Below, one piece after another: positions 17,267 to 32,829 of a DNA stretch of 64,000 bases. Made by a program: the position numbers and the translations under genes. Position 1 is the stretch's first letter. Each line of letters opens with the position of its first letter. Under the pieces are notes generated by a model. That model saw only the letters and a list, made by a program, of their open reading frames with translations. It had not been told where the DNA came from and ran no database searches. Origin of the DNA: the human T2T-CHM13v2.0 reference genome, Homo sapiens; NCBI RefSeq assembly GCF_009914755.1, contig NC_060943.1; one strand, 5' to 3'.

Positions 17267-17742
17267 CTTCTAGAGTGTCCCCAAGCTGATGATCTGTGTT
17301 GCTACTTGGCTGGTCAGCCGTGCTTTCAAACTTTGTTCTTAGATAATTGAAATCATAAGAAGCATTTCCTCTGTTGTGCCCGCATCTGAGGGTATGGCAC
17401 TCACTAGCAGATGGTTCCTCCAGTCCAGAGCCCTTTGTTTCTGTCTGCATTTCTACCTGAGCTCCACCCAGCAGGTGCGGGGTGCTCACTGGTTCCCCAA
17501 ATGCTTGCTGAATTTCTGAATGAACGAAAGATCACCAGCTTTCTTGGCTTTCTGCAAAACTATCTGCAGTAAATGATTTTTTTAAAATTGCACAGCTTCT
17601 GGAAAAGTCTTTTGGCTAAGAAACTGAAGCTTACAACAAGGAACAGCAGCCACAGAAAAGGATGCATCCTTCAGAGATTGTTCTGGATTGCTGAGTGCTA
17701 ACTGCGCCCCGGTTTGCACGGTGCTGCGGTGCTTGTCATTAC

Positions 17743-17832
17743 CTGCTGGGGTACCTGCTGAACTCTGGGGAGGGAGATCGGCTGCATCTGGGCCCCTTTG
17801 GGATTGGAGCTGGCTGCCTGGACCAACACCCT
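17743..17832 (-). CDS. RFX2: RFX2 coding exon: RVLVQAASSNPKGAQMQPISLPRVQQVPQQ
   Basis: Acceptor ctctcccttcccttttag|AGG, donor CAG|gtaatg; 90 nt; read manually because the ORF track does not show this frame. Confidence 0.96.
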
Positions 17833-17986
17833 CTAAAAGGGAAGGGAGAGAAGGCCAGTTAGACTTGTCAGAGGTCAGTGCTGAGGATACACACAGAATG
17901 TAAGATGCTGTTTGTCTGTTCATGTGCTTTTTATTAAAACATAGGCAGGACTGATCAGAGGCGACGGCGGGGTGATGGTCAGACTT

Positions 17987-18155
17987 GCACACTCACACCG
18001 ACCTGGGCAGACACACGGCAGGTACGTGCAGGCACACAAACAATGCACATACATACACAAGTGTGCACATACACTCAGCCCATGCACCACACATATGCAC
18101 GAATTGTGGGCACACACACACGTATGCACACACACATACACGGAAGCACATGCAC
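17987..18155 (+). repeat. Degenerate (CA)n low-complexity tract
   Basis: cacac/catac/gcac repeats. Confidence 0.8.
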
Positions 18156-19168
18156 CTTCACCCGCCCAGGCAGCTTTGCCTCTGTGGGTCTGTAGTCTGC
18201 AGCAAGGTGACACTGATCGTCCCTAGTACAGAGGGGACTGCTGGGGCCCTCTGGATAGCCATCCGCACCACTGCGTGGGAGAGCACTCTGTGGCGCCCCT
18301 CGCTTCTGCAGTATAACCCGGACTTGTTTCCATTTTCTGATGAGGTTAATGAAGCCAGAGGGCTCAAGTGCTGCCTCTGGCTACAGAATACTCGAGTCCA
18401 GGTGCCCTGTGTCTGGGTCCCTCGCTCTCTGACCCCACTGCTCTCCAGCCTCCTAAGTCAAATCTGCACAGTGTGGCTTTGCTATTTTTCTGGGAGTACC
18501 GATTGGCCACACAAAGCTATCAAAATGGGAAGGGTCAAAGTGAACTCGAGTCGAGGGAGGAACAGGAGTGTTTTGTGTGTTTATTGAGAGCTGGGGCTTT
18601 CGGAGTCATTGGCTGCAGTGCTGTGATTTCCCGGCATGAACCCTGAATGTCACAGGTAGCAGTGACTGCCATATATACATCACGAGGGGTGATGGGTGAG
18701 GACACGCCATCCCCTGTGTTGCAGGAGTGGAGCTAAGGATGAAGATGGTGCTAATAAGGATGCCAGCGCAAGGGCATTCTGATTCCAGGTGAGCTGGGCG
18801 CCGTGTGCTTGGAGAATTCACAGGGTCCTGGCAAGTCCTCAGAGAGGGACCACAGTGATGAAACCTGGGACACACATGGTGGCCGTGAGTGGCACTGAGA
18901 CCTGTCCATGGTGGCTGCTGCAGAGGAAGGCAGAGTCCACCTAGGCCTGGGAGAGCCTGAGAGAGGGGCTTGGCAGGAAGACCTGAGGGCTGACTCCTCT
19001 TGGACAATTTCAAGTGGGCACGGAAACATATCAATTAGGCCACAACTGCTGGCAGGGCGACGGCGTCTGATCCTCACCTCAGATGGGCTTCCAAGACGCC
19101 CTCCCCACTGCCATATGTGCAAGAAATAAAAGCTAAAGATGTCTGACCATACACACTACATCAAATAA

Positions 19169-19537
<369 letters not shown>

Positions 19538-19848
19538 TGAATTGTGTGTTTTAAAACCATAATCATTTCTTTTTGCTGTGCTCCTAACTTTTAGATTCCA
19601 GATCGAGGTGGTCACACGGCCACAGTGGACCTCTGCACACTGTGATGAGCCTCCAGCCTGTTTCATGTGGCCGGTGCCATTCGCTTTGTATTTCTGTCTT
19701 CTTTATGGCTTATTTCATTCCACGGTAGAAATCCAGGAGCAGAGAAAGCCTGAATGTGAAAATTCTCTCTCTGCGAATTTTAAAGAATATGTTCATTCAG
19801 GTGCTAGATTCTATTTTGAACAAAATCTTAAGAATTCTAACTCATCTA

Positions 19849-20128
19849 GGCTGGGCGTGGTGGCTCACGCCTGTAATCCCAGCACTTTGGGAGGCTGAGG
19901 CGGGCAGATCACCTGAGGTCAGGAGTTCGAGACCAGCCTGGCCAACATGGTGAAACCTCGTCTCTACTAAAAATACAAAAATTAGCCGGGCGTGGTAGTA
20001 CACGCCTGTAATCCCAGCTACTCGGGAGGCTAAGACAGGAGAATCACTTGAACCTGGGAGATCGTGCCACTGCACTCCAGCCTGGGCGACAGAGCGAGAC
20101 TCCGTCCCCCCCCAAAAAAAAAAAAAAA
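19849..20128 (+). mobile_element. Alu (S-type)
   Basis: Target-site duplication aattctaactcatct. Confidence 0.95.
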
Positions 20129-20156
20129 TTCTAACTCATCTTTTGCCTTTTTGCCT

Positions 20157-20615
<459 letters not shown>

Positions 20616-20956
20616 TTACTTCTTAATTCTTAATAAAGCATTTCTGTGTAAAAGGGTCATTTCCAAGTACAAGAAAACCTCCACTGAAAGCTAAGAAGAG
20701 ATCAAGTCAGATTTGGGAGAGTGGTTTCTTTTCCATTCATGTCATTGTTTCCTTGATGGGATCTTTTTAACAAATATTGAAAAAGCCAAATACAGTTAAG
20801 GAAATTGTGCCTATTTCAACAGCAGCAGCACTGGGACTGAGAAGTCCATTCAGAAAAATACAGATTCCTCTCTTTGCAGATCTGAGCAGCTTTCAAACCC
20901 ATAGAGATCGCGTCCACACTGTGGCCACCCTGTTGTTGCTGAGAGGCGCGCGTTAC

Positions 20957-21046
20957 CTGCGGGGAGGCTGGCACAGGCGGGGCTGCCGCCGAGGGACGCA
21001 GAGCCACGGACGCTGGCGAATCCGCTCCACCCTCGGAATTCTGCAT
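20957..21046 (-). CDS. RFX2: RFX2 first coding exon (exon 21054-20957, 8 nt 5'UTR ACCTGAGC): MQNSEGGADSPASVALRPSAAAPPVPASPQ
   Basis: Acceptor ctttag|ACCTGAGCATG (AG at 21056-21055); A at -3 of the ATG; donor CAG|gtaacg; 90 coding nt, phase 0. Confidence 0.97.
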
Positions 21047-21485
21047 GCTCAGGTCTAAAGAAAGGCGGAGAGAGATTGGGTGGGCAAGGGCTGCAAGCAC
21101 TGAAATCCGAAGAGGCAACTAACAAGTTCAAGGGAGGGAAGGAGTAACCAGCTACATTCTTCAAAGTCGAAAGGCAGAGACCCTGGTGGTACTGCCTAAG
21201 TGAGGAGCTGCGGAAACAGGCTGCACAACTGTCCCACAGAAGGAGAGAGGGGCCAGAGAAAGTTTTCCAAATATAAAACCCAAAAAGGGCTCTGTCAGCG
21301 CACAATGGCAGGAATTCCTCAACAGAAGGCCGGGACACTGGCTCTGTGCCCAAGTCTGAGCAGGTTGAACTATTTTGAAGGGCTCAATTGTTTCCTCATT
21401 TACCCAGAAATCAAAAGCTCTGGGTGGGTGACTGCCATTTGGGAAGCTACTGCACCCCAAACGACAACGGGAGAAACTCTAAGGC

Positions 21486-21691
21486 TGGGTTTCCCCACTG
21501 TGGCACCGTTGACATTTGAGCTGGATACTTCTTTGCTGTTGGAGGCCCATTCTGGGCACGGCAGGGTGCTGAGCAGCACCCCTGGCCTCCACCCATTCCA
21601 TGCCAGGAGCGCCCCCTCCCCAAGCTGTGGCAATCACAAATGTGTTCAGATATTGCCAAGTGACCCCTGGAGGGCAGTGTGAGAACCACTG
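21486..21691 (-). mobile_element. MER20 (hAT)
   Basis: agcagcacccctggcctccacccattccatgccagg..gagaaccactg. Confidence 0.8.
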
Positions 21692-22526
21692 GCTAGGGAG
21701 AGAAAAGGTGACCTGCAGAGGGAGCAAAGAAACAGTACATTTTATCCTGGGCTGGATAAAAGTCCTCACGAATTTTGGCAGTAAGTAAAAACTGCCTTCT
21801 GTTCAAAGCCATCTTTGCCCACAAGAAAGTATAAACATATATTTCTTTGCTGTCAGAGGCATACATCTTTCAAATAGGTAGTTTTACAATTCTATATAAA
21901 ACCACTCATTTAATATCGTGGCAGATGATACAAATTTGTTCCATGAAAATGCTAAAAGTCGAACAGTCTTCACTTTTAAATAAACAATCGGCTATGTTGA
22001 GCATTTGAGACATAGTTAAGTACACACACTTAGGTAGGGAGGTGGCTTTGTGATCAGGCACACCAGTCCCCCGTCCTGGCACCAGCTTTGAGCATGTCAC
22101 CCTCCCAGTGTGGGGTCTCCATGGCTCCTGCCTGCTGGGGGTGGTGAGGACTGAACCTCAGACATACATCGCGGTGCCCACGACATCGTCAGAACACAAT
22201 AGACATTTGCTAGAACTTTTACGTTTCTCTATCACCCCCAGAGGTTTTATCTCTTATAATGAGTGAAAAAAATTTTAAGCTTTTTAAAAATGAAAAGTCA
22301 AACTTACAATAAATTAATTTACCTAAGGAAAGCAGAAAGGGATATGTGTGTTTGAATTCGAGTGTGCTGGATTAATCCCATCTGTATTGTTGGGGACTAT
22401 TCCCCGACCACCACCGCTCCCCGGCCCCCGCCCCCGTCCCCTCCCAAACGCCTTCGATGCCACCCAGAGCCCCACGGCCAGTGCCTGGGGATTTTTCTGT
22501 TCTGTGTGAGCCTGACTCACTTCTCA

Positions 22527-22540
22527 CCACTAGATGGCCC
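22527..22540 (+). promoter_or_regulatory. CTCF-like motif
   Basis: CCACTAGATGGCCC fits the CCASYAGRKGGC core; a GC box, AP-1 and CCAAT motifs are nearby. Confidence 0.5.
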
Positions 22541-23084
22541 CAGAGCCACACGGTGATTGGCTGGGGCGTTAACTAAACCTTACACAGCCCGCACCTCCTA
22601 CCTTCTACTCTTTCAAAAGATTGTAAATTTCCCATAGTGTATTTCCTGAGTCCTCAACTCACTCTCTGTCTTTGACAGAACTGACCTTTGGAATTTTTCT
22701 GTTACAAGCTGCTTGTATTTACAGTTTCCTTTAAATGTTTAAATCAGTCATTTGCACACCATCCACCATGCTGTTCCCGTCTGAAGCCAAGCGGGTAGCA
22801 TCAGTGATACTAGGAGATAATTTGACTAGAACTCTTTGTGAAAGGAGTCCACCAGTGATAAAGTCAGAATGCTGACTTGACTAAGACCAGTTCCTTGTTC
22901 CGCAGGTGGAAATAATTTTGCTCCAAACTCCAGACCTTATTTAAGTAAGAAGAGGCCATGAGAGTGTTGGGGATAAATGGCGAGACCGTGGTCTGTCCAC
23001 CATGGCCAGAATGCACCTTCCAGAAAGCAAGTTGTTCCACATCACAGGCATTTACACATGAATGTGTTCCCCTAATTTATTTTT

Positions 23085-23377
23085 ATTAATTATTATTATT
23101 GTTTTTTGAGACGAAGTCTTGCTCTGTCACCCAGGCTGGAGTGCAATGGCATGATCTTGGCTCTGCCTCCTGGGTTCAAGTGATTCTCCCACCTCAGTCC
23201 CCTGAATAGACGAGATTACAGGCACCCACCATCATGCCTGGCTAATTTTTGTATTTTTATAGAAACGGGGCTTCACCATGTTGGTCAGGCTGGTCTCAAA
23301 CTCCTGGCCTCATGTGATCTGCCTGCCTCAGCCTCCCAAAGTGCTGGGATTACAGGCATAAGCCACCGTGCCCAGCC
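23085..23377 (-). mobile_element. Alu
   Basis: Target-site duplication tgttcccctaattt. Confidence 0.94.
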
Positions 23378-25386
23378 TGTTCCCCTAATTTAACACACTA
23401 TTTACCATGTGTTGTCTTATAGGTCAGACCAATGAGTCTGTGGCTTTTTGCCTGTGGGCATGCCCCAGTCCACAAATGCTTGGGTGCCAGAAAGCATCAG
23501 CCTCGTTATCCTGAAGGGTCAGAGGACAGAGTTCTGAATGCTGGGGTGTGGAGATTCTGGAAGAGAGAGAGCCACAGAAGGGGTGAGCCCTCAAATCTTC
23601 CTACAAAATACACCTGAATCTTTGGCTAAGCAACTACACCACAAAGGTGTGGGGGAGATACCAGGGGTCTTGGGGAAAAACCAGCAGTGCAAAGATAAAA
23701 AAATTAAGTGAAGATTTCAGCTGCTGCCTGTTGCAGGAGGGAGAGTTTGAATCTAGCCAAGTCACTTGCCTTCAGGGGAACTCAGATGAACCTACAGATT
23801 CTACAATACATCATTAATGATGTCCAGGACCCAGTAAAAACCATGAGCTATGAAAAGAAACAGGAAAGTGTAACATACACTCAAAAGAAAGAGTAACAAA
23901 TAAAAAGAAAAAAGAAAAGCAGTTAATTATAACCAAACGCAAGATAACCCAGATGATACAGATAGCATTCAAGGACTAAAGCAGCTACTAAAAATAACTT
24001 CAAGAACTTAAAGGAAGTTATATACATAATGAATGAACATATGGGAATCTCAATCAAGAAACAAAGTATAAAAGGAGAACCAAATAGAAATTCTAGAGCA
24101 ATAACTGAAACAAAAACTTAACTGGATGCACTCAACAGCTGGTTAAAGATAATGGAAAGAGTTAGTGAACTTAACAATAGATAAAAAGCATTTACCCAAT
24201 CTGAAGAATGAAGAGAAAATATATGAAGAAACATGAATAGAACAAACTGTCTAATATATATGTAACGAGAGTCCCAGAAGAGAAAAAGAGAATGTAAGAG
24301 AAAAAAATATTGAAAAATGGCCAAACACCTCTACATTGGGTGATGGATATCAACTTAGAGGTCCAAAAATCTCAACAAACCCTAAAAAGAATACAAAGAA
24401 AGCCAAGATAGGTATGTCATGGTTAAACTGTTAAAAGAAGCAGTCAGAGAAAAACTACATATTATATTCGGAGAACAAGGGCACAGATGATGACTGGCTT
24501 CTCATCAATAACAATGGCAACCAGAAGACAATGGAGTGACATTTTTAATATGCTGGGGGGGAAAACCCTATCAGCCCAGAATTCTATCTCCAGCAAAACT
24601 ATTCTTAAAAACTGAAGGTGGAATAAAGACATTTTTTGCATAAACAAAACCTGATAAAATTTTCTGCCTACCATGAGAAATGCTAATGGAAGTTCTTCAG
24701 AATGAAAGGAATTAATACCAGATGGTAAATTTGGATCTATTAGGAGTAAATATCACTTAAAATGATAAATACGCAGGTAATTATAAAAAACCGTATTTTT
24801 ATATATTTTATATTTTTCCTTTTCTTCTCTTAATTTATTTTAAATACATAAAACTATTTAACAAAAACTTTATAACACTCCATTGTGGGGTTTATATCAT
24901 ATGTAGATGTTCTCCATGACAGTTGTAACACAGAGGATGGGGACAAATTAAGTTATACATTCAAGGTTCTTTTATTTTACCTAAAGTAGTAACATGTTAA
25001 CTCTATAAATTGTGATAAATTAACAATGCACATTGTAACCTCTGAAGCATCCACTAACCAAAAAAATATATATACAAAAAGGTATAGCTAAAAAGCTAAT
25101 AGAGAAATCAAATGAAATCCTACTTAACATATTTGATTATCTAAATAAAGGCAAGAAATAAAGAACAGAGAAACAAACAAACAAACAGATGGCACAAATA
25201 GAAAGCAAATGGCAGAATTGCTTTGCTAAATCTAGACATATTAATAATATATTAAGTGTAAATAGACTAAATTCTTGAATGAAAAGGCAGAAATGATCAG
25301 CCTGGATAACAATCAAGATCCCATTATATGGTCCCTAAAAGAAACCCTCCTTAAAAATAAAGGCACACATAGGTTGAAAGTAATAG

Positions 25387-25724
<338 letters not shown>

Positions 25725-27222
25725 TGCAAACTCTGATCTTAAGAAAGCTGGAGCGGCTGTAATAATCAGACAAAATAGACTCTGAGATGAGAAATATTAC
25801 TAGCAATACTAGAGACATTGACAAGACAAGGAATATTACTGCAGATAAAATTTCATCATAAGATGATCAATTTATCAGTATGACATATTGATTACAGATA
25901 TGTATGTACCTAGTAATACAGCTTCAAGATACGTAAAGTAAAAATTAACAAAACTAAAGGAGGAAATAAACAATCATAATCGGAGATTTTAAACATCCTT
26001 CATTCAGTAATTTTGATTACTGAATCAAAATTAGAAGAACTAAGCAGAAATATTACTAAGGATACAGAATATCTGAATTATATTATCAACCACATTGATG
26101 TAATTGACATTTAGAGAACACTACAATCAAAACCTGCACATTCTTTTCAAATGCACATGGAATATTCACTGTGATGGGTCATGTTCTGGGCCATAAAATA
26201 AGCCTCAATACATTTCAAAATACCATAATTATACAGAGCATGTATGCACTTTGACCACAGTGGAGTAAATTAGAAATCAGTAAGAAGGTTAGAAAAATGC
26301 CAAATATTTAGAAAACTTAAAATACACCTTCAAAATAATCCATGGGTCAAATAATAAACCCCAAAGAAAAATAGAAAATATTTTGAACTGAATTATAATG
26401 TAAACACTTTGTATCAAAATTTGTGGGCACTGGTACAAATATTGTGGGTGAAAAAAAGAAGTAAAATTATTAAGAAAAAAAAGTGGGCACACCTAAAGCA
26501 GTGCTTAGAAAGAGATGTTTAGCTTTATATGCTTATGTTAGAAAGATTTAAGAACGTTTTCAACCTTAAAAAGCTATATAGAAAGACAAACAAACTAAAC
26601 TTAATAGAAAGAAGGAAAAACAATAAAGAACAAAATTAATGAAATTAGAAACTCCACAAACAATGGAGAAAATGAACAAAAGCAATATTTCTTCAAAACT
26701 GAAATTTTTTCAGAAGAAGAAAGGAGCTATCAAGCCATGAAAAGACATGGAAGAAATTTAAACACATACTATGAAGTGAAAGAAGCCAGTCTGAAAAGGC
26801 TACATACTGTATGATTCTAATTAAACAACATTTTGGAAAAGGCAAAACTATGAAGACAATGAAAAGATCAGTGGTTGCCAGGTATCAGAGAGAGGGATGA
26901 GTAGGCAAAGCACAGAGGATTTTTAGGACACTGGAACTGTTCTGTATGGCACTATAATGGTGGACACATGTCATTATACATTTGTCCAAACCATAGAATG
27001 TACAACACCAACAGTGAACTCTCGAGGAAACTATGGACTTTGGGTGAAAATGCTGTGTTAATGCAGATTTCATCAACTGTAACAAATGTACAACTCTGGT
27101 GGGTGATGGTGATAATGAGGGAAGCTGTGCATGTGTGGAGGTATGGGGTATATGGGAAATCTCTGTATTTTCCTGTCAATTTTGCTGTGAACCTAAAACT
27201 GCTCTTTAAAAAAGCAAGTCTT

Positions 27223-27526
<304 letters not shown>

Positions 27527-28892
27527 GCAAGTATTTAAAAAAAGTTAATTAACAACTTCTCCTGGAAAGACTGATAAGAAAAGAAAACCCAAATTGCCAA
27601 TATCAGGAATGAAATGAAATATATCACTAGAGATTCTACAGAAATCAAAATGATAATAGAGAACTATTACAAACAACTTTAGCCCATAAATTCAATAACA
27701 TATAAAATGAACACTTTTTTAAAAACACAACATAACAAAACTGACACAGATGAAATAAAAAAATGTGAATGTAATACATATAACAAAAAAATTGAATATG
27801 TTATTGGAAACTTCCCTACACAGAAAACTTCAGGCACATATAGTTTTACTGGTGAATGCTATCAAATACTGAAAAAGGAATTATTACACAAATGCCATCA
27901 GAAAATAAAAAAAGAATACTTCACAACTCATTTTATGAGGTCAGTAAACCCTGACACCAAAACTTAACAAATATATTACAAGGAAAGTGTTTAGACTAAT
28001 ATCTCTTATGCACATATATGCAAAAATAATTTAAAATATTAATAAATCAAATTCAACAATATATAAATAATATAACCCACACTTAGATTATCAATTGATT
28101 TTTTTTTCTAATGGAGCCTCAGCTCTTTTCTTCCTCAACTGGATTTTCACAAAGGTGTCAAGGCAATTCAACAGAGAAAGAAGTCTTTTAAACAAATGGT
28201 GATGGATCAACAGAATATCCATATTGGGGAAAATAAATGAACCTTGACCCCTACCTCACACCATACATAAAAATGATTTCAAGTTAGAACATGAACTTAC
28301 TTACACACAAAAGCTAAAACTATAAGACTTCTCAGAGAGAACATAGGAGGTTAGACAAAGGTTTCTTAGAATGCACAAATCAGCATAAAAGAAAAACTTG
28401 AGAAATTAGATTTCACCAAAATTTAAAACCTCTGCTCATTAAAAGATTTTGCTAAGAATATGAATAGGTAAGCCACAGCCTGGGAGAAATATTTGCAAAA
28501 CATGTATCTCATAAAGGGCTTTGATCCTAATATATCTACATCTATATCTATATATATAAACTCCTACAATTCAATATAAGATGACAAATAACTTAAAAAA
28601 ATGGTACTTCACAAAGCAAGATATACAGATGCCCAAAAGTACATGAATAGTGGTCAGCCTCATTAGTCACTAGGGAAATGCAAATTCAAACTATATCAAG
28701 ATATCACTAAATACTCACTAGAATGGCTAAACCTGACAAGTCTGACAACATCCAATGTTGTAAGTACATGGAGCAACTAAAACTCTCACACACCCCCATG
28801 TGTAGATATGAATGATATGACCACACTGGAAAGAGGTTTGGCAGTTTTCTAGAAAGTTAAACCTGCCCTTTAACCCAGAATTCCTCTTGTAG

Positions 28893-29231
<339 letters not shown>

Positions 29232-30669
29232 ATTCATAGCAGTTTGATTCAGTCACCAAAAAGTAAAAATAACCCAAATGTTCCTCATCAGGAGAGTGGA
29301 CGAGAAATTGCAGATTATGATGATTTAAAGATTCATATTGAAAACCCTAAAACAACCACTAAAAATGGAAAAGAAGAGCATAGCTAAAAAGCTAATAGAG
29401 GAATACTACTGGAATACTCTTCATGAATAGAAAGGAATTAATTACTGAAATTCACAATGCATGGATGAATCTCAAAATCATTACGCTGAGTGAAAGAAGT
29501 TGAGTCCAAAAGAGTAGATGAGTAGAGTGGATTAAAACTAAAGTTAAAAAAAAATCATAATAGTGGGTGGGGGGGCAGGTGGCGGTGGGCGAGAGTGACT
29601 GGAAAGGGACAGGAGGGGACACTCCAGTGAGATGGACGCATTCTGTATGATAATACAGTGTGCGGTTACATGGAGTCGTGATTTGTCAAAATTAGCCAGC
29701 TAAGGTTTGTGCACTTACTGTATGTGAATTTTAACAATGACAACGAAGCCTGTAAAAATACAAGGGTGGAGAGGAGGACGGAGAGTGGGTACAGGTATCC
29801 AGGTGTTATAAGAATGGCAGGACCCTGACACCCTGTAGAGGGTGGTGGCTTCATAAGTTTCATTGCATTGTGTATTTACTTTGTGGATGTTTGAAATTTC
29901 CATGATAAGGAGTTAAACAAACACACACACAAGACACCAGCGATGAGCAGGAGTGGCTCATGATCCTGGCGGTGCTTCCAGGTAAGCGCAGTAGCTCACA
30001 TGGTCCTCCCAGAAGGGGTGATGCTGGATCCTGAGTAACTCCTCCACCTGGCAGAGGAGAGCGCAGCAGAGAGTGGGCAGAGGGCAGGGCCCCGAGGGCG
30101 TGGGTGTACTCAAGGTAAAGTCCACAGGGCACAGGGACGCACACTGTGGAGCACCTTTGCAGCACCCAGTTTGGGAACCCCTCAATCCAGTGCAAGACAG
30201 TAGATGTGAGTGAGTGGAGGCCATGCTTCTTCTCTGAACCTGAATCTGCTGTGGGAACTTGGACCCATTCAGTGACTGCCCTGCCGTCCTTGCTTTCTCG
30301 CGTTCCTTTGTCCTCTCTTCTGTTTTTCTTCCTGTGGCGAGGACCTGGGCAGTCTTACTTTGACTGCCTTCCCCTGTGTCCTCTTAGACTGGGTTACAGG
30401 AGCCTCGGAACAGCCAATATAAAGGGGAGGGGCCGCAACACGACCTGTCACCCAGCCTGGCCCTGCCTGGCCAACGGGCTTGGCTGGCCCAAAGCTCCCT
30501 CCCTCGTGCCTCAGAAATATGCCCGGAGTGCTGTTTATAAGCTGAGCACGTTTCATTTACCATCTGGTCCAAGATCAGGGCGGGCATGAAATAAAGGGGA
30601 AAAGCACAGAACCAGCGGCGCAATTTCCCCTCCTTGGCCGGCACCAGCCTTTGGAATCCACGAAACGCT

Positions 30670-31152
30670 CATTTGACCTTGAACGAACATTCAAGTGAAC
30701 CAGATGCGCACTTGACCTTTTGGAGCCACTGCTGAGTCAAACGCGCCAGTGGGAACATCTCCCGTGGCTTCCTGACTTCATGTGAGGGGGCACAGGAGAG
30801 ACGCAGCTAGAAGCAGCCCTGGACTACGGCCGTGATGAATGAATCTGCCTGGGCACAAAGGGAAGAGGCTTCTGTTTACAGAAAAATACTCCCATCACCT
30901 AGTAACCAGCAATGTCAGGAAAGGAAATGCAGAAAACGCTGAGAGCAATTTCTGGGCCCGTTCCTGGCTGAGCCGCTGACTCACTGCGACCTTAAGCAAT
31001 CTCTCTTCTATTCCTGTTCCTCCATATGCCAAATGGAGCTGTCACCTGCCTCACATAGTTCAGATCAGTATTTAGACAATGTTTTGTCATCTTTGGTGAT
31101 AATTGGGGCAGAGTTAGCTGAGTGGTTTTAGTTACCTTCATTCTGATTGGCT
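30670..31152. promoter_or_regulatory. Candidate intronic enhancer (AP-1 x2, nuclear-receptor half sites, forkhead, CCAAT)
   Basis: TGACCTTGA 30674, TGACCTTT 30713, TGAGTCA 30733, TGTTTAC 30873, TGACTCA 30977 and ATTGG 31146 in repeat-free sequence. Confidence 0.35.
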
Positions 31153-31679
31153 GATGAGCCTCGGTGTTTGGGAGGCACGTGGCCTCCTCCGGCCATCAGC
31201 TCCTCCTCTCCTGGTACTCGCTGGCCTCCAGATGGTACCAGAGTTCATCTGCCCTAAGAAAGCAATTAATTTCCTCCCTCTGAACAAGAAGGAACAAGCC
31301 CGGAGTGCTCTCAGGAGTACCAGTTGCTTCAAAGCCCAGATTCTGTCCTGGTAGCTTGTCTTAACACTCCCAGTGTCATTAGGCTGCCCAGAAAAGTCTT
31401 GTCCGTTTCCTTCTCCCGGCTCCCCTCTGAGGGCCAGGTCCTCGGAGTAAGTGATGCGTGTTTTAAGATTCTGTCCTCACTGTTCAGGCTTGTGTGGCCT
31501 GGCCCCACGCACAGGGAGGACACCTCCAAGCCATCTCCTTGCCGAAAAGTGGATTCTCGAACCCTCCTTGATGGTGGAACCATGTCCTTTCTGGCACCAG
31601 GATTACTCCCTGTGGACCCAGTTGGTTCTCAGTGCCAAGAGTTATTACTCTGCCCTGATAATCACCAAAGATGACAGTG

Positions 31680-31870
31680 TGTGTCCCCACTTGGCACTGT
31701 GGACATTGGGGACGGATCCATCTCTGGGCTGGGGCCGTCCTGAGCACTGCAGGGTGCTGAGCAGCATCCCTGGCCTCCGCTCACTCCATGCCAAGAGCAC
31801 CCCCAGTTGTGACAACCACAGATGTTCCCAGACATTGCCCAGTGTCCCCTGGGGCGCAGAAGGACCTCTG
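31680..31870 (-). mobile_element. MER20 (hAT)
   Basis: agcagcatccctggcctcc..cagttgtgacaaccacagatgttcccagacattgcc. Confidence 0.8.
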
Positions 31871-32476
31871 TTCAAAATGGATTTGTGATGTCTAAGAAGG
31901 GGTCTGGACAAACAGCCCCCGAGTAAAACAGGCCTGTAGACAGGGTGAGAACAGGAAGATGAAAAAGGAGAGTAGGCAGGATGCAAAATCATGACAATTC
32001 AGCCAGGCAAGGAGTGTGAAATAAATGAACAGGACCCTCTGAAGGCTACCCACACATTCCAGAGCAGCAGGCTTCAATGCACACCAAGGGCAACCATCGT
32101 TCCCTCCGTGCCTAAGCCACGGGGGTGCCCGTCATTCCTCACTTTTGGGTTTTTTTTTTTTCTCCTCTTGTAGCAATGGGCTTTCAAGGACTGGAGCTGG
32201 CTCCGAGCTTCTCTGAAATCAAGTATCTTCAGAATTCAAATTCCTTTTTCTTTTCGTAAGAATTGGGCTTCTGTTCCTGTTTTCTTCTCAGGAGCCAAAC
32301 TTTCCCTCCTTTCTCTAGAAAAGGATCAGAACCAAGCCCTTGACAACTGGCCTGAGAAAGGGCTGTTTGCAGACTGGAAGGGGGATGGGGGAGTGCAGAC
32401 ACCCAGTAGGCCCTTAAGTCGCAGGTTCTAATCTTCAGAGGCTGAGAGCAGGCTGCGCTGACAAGGCCTCCCCTAA

Positions 32477-32829
<353 letters not shown>

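Noticed and set aside
22795-22885. Possible C/D-box snoRNA (gtgat..ctga)
   Set aside because: Imperfect box C, no terminal stem, and on the strand opposite to the host transcript.
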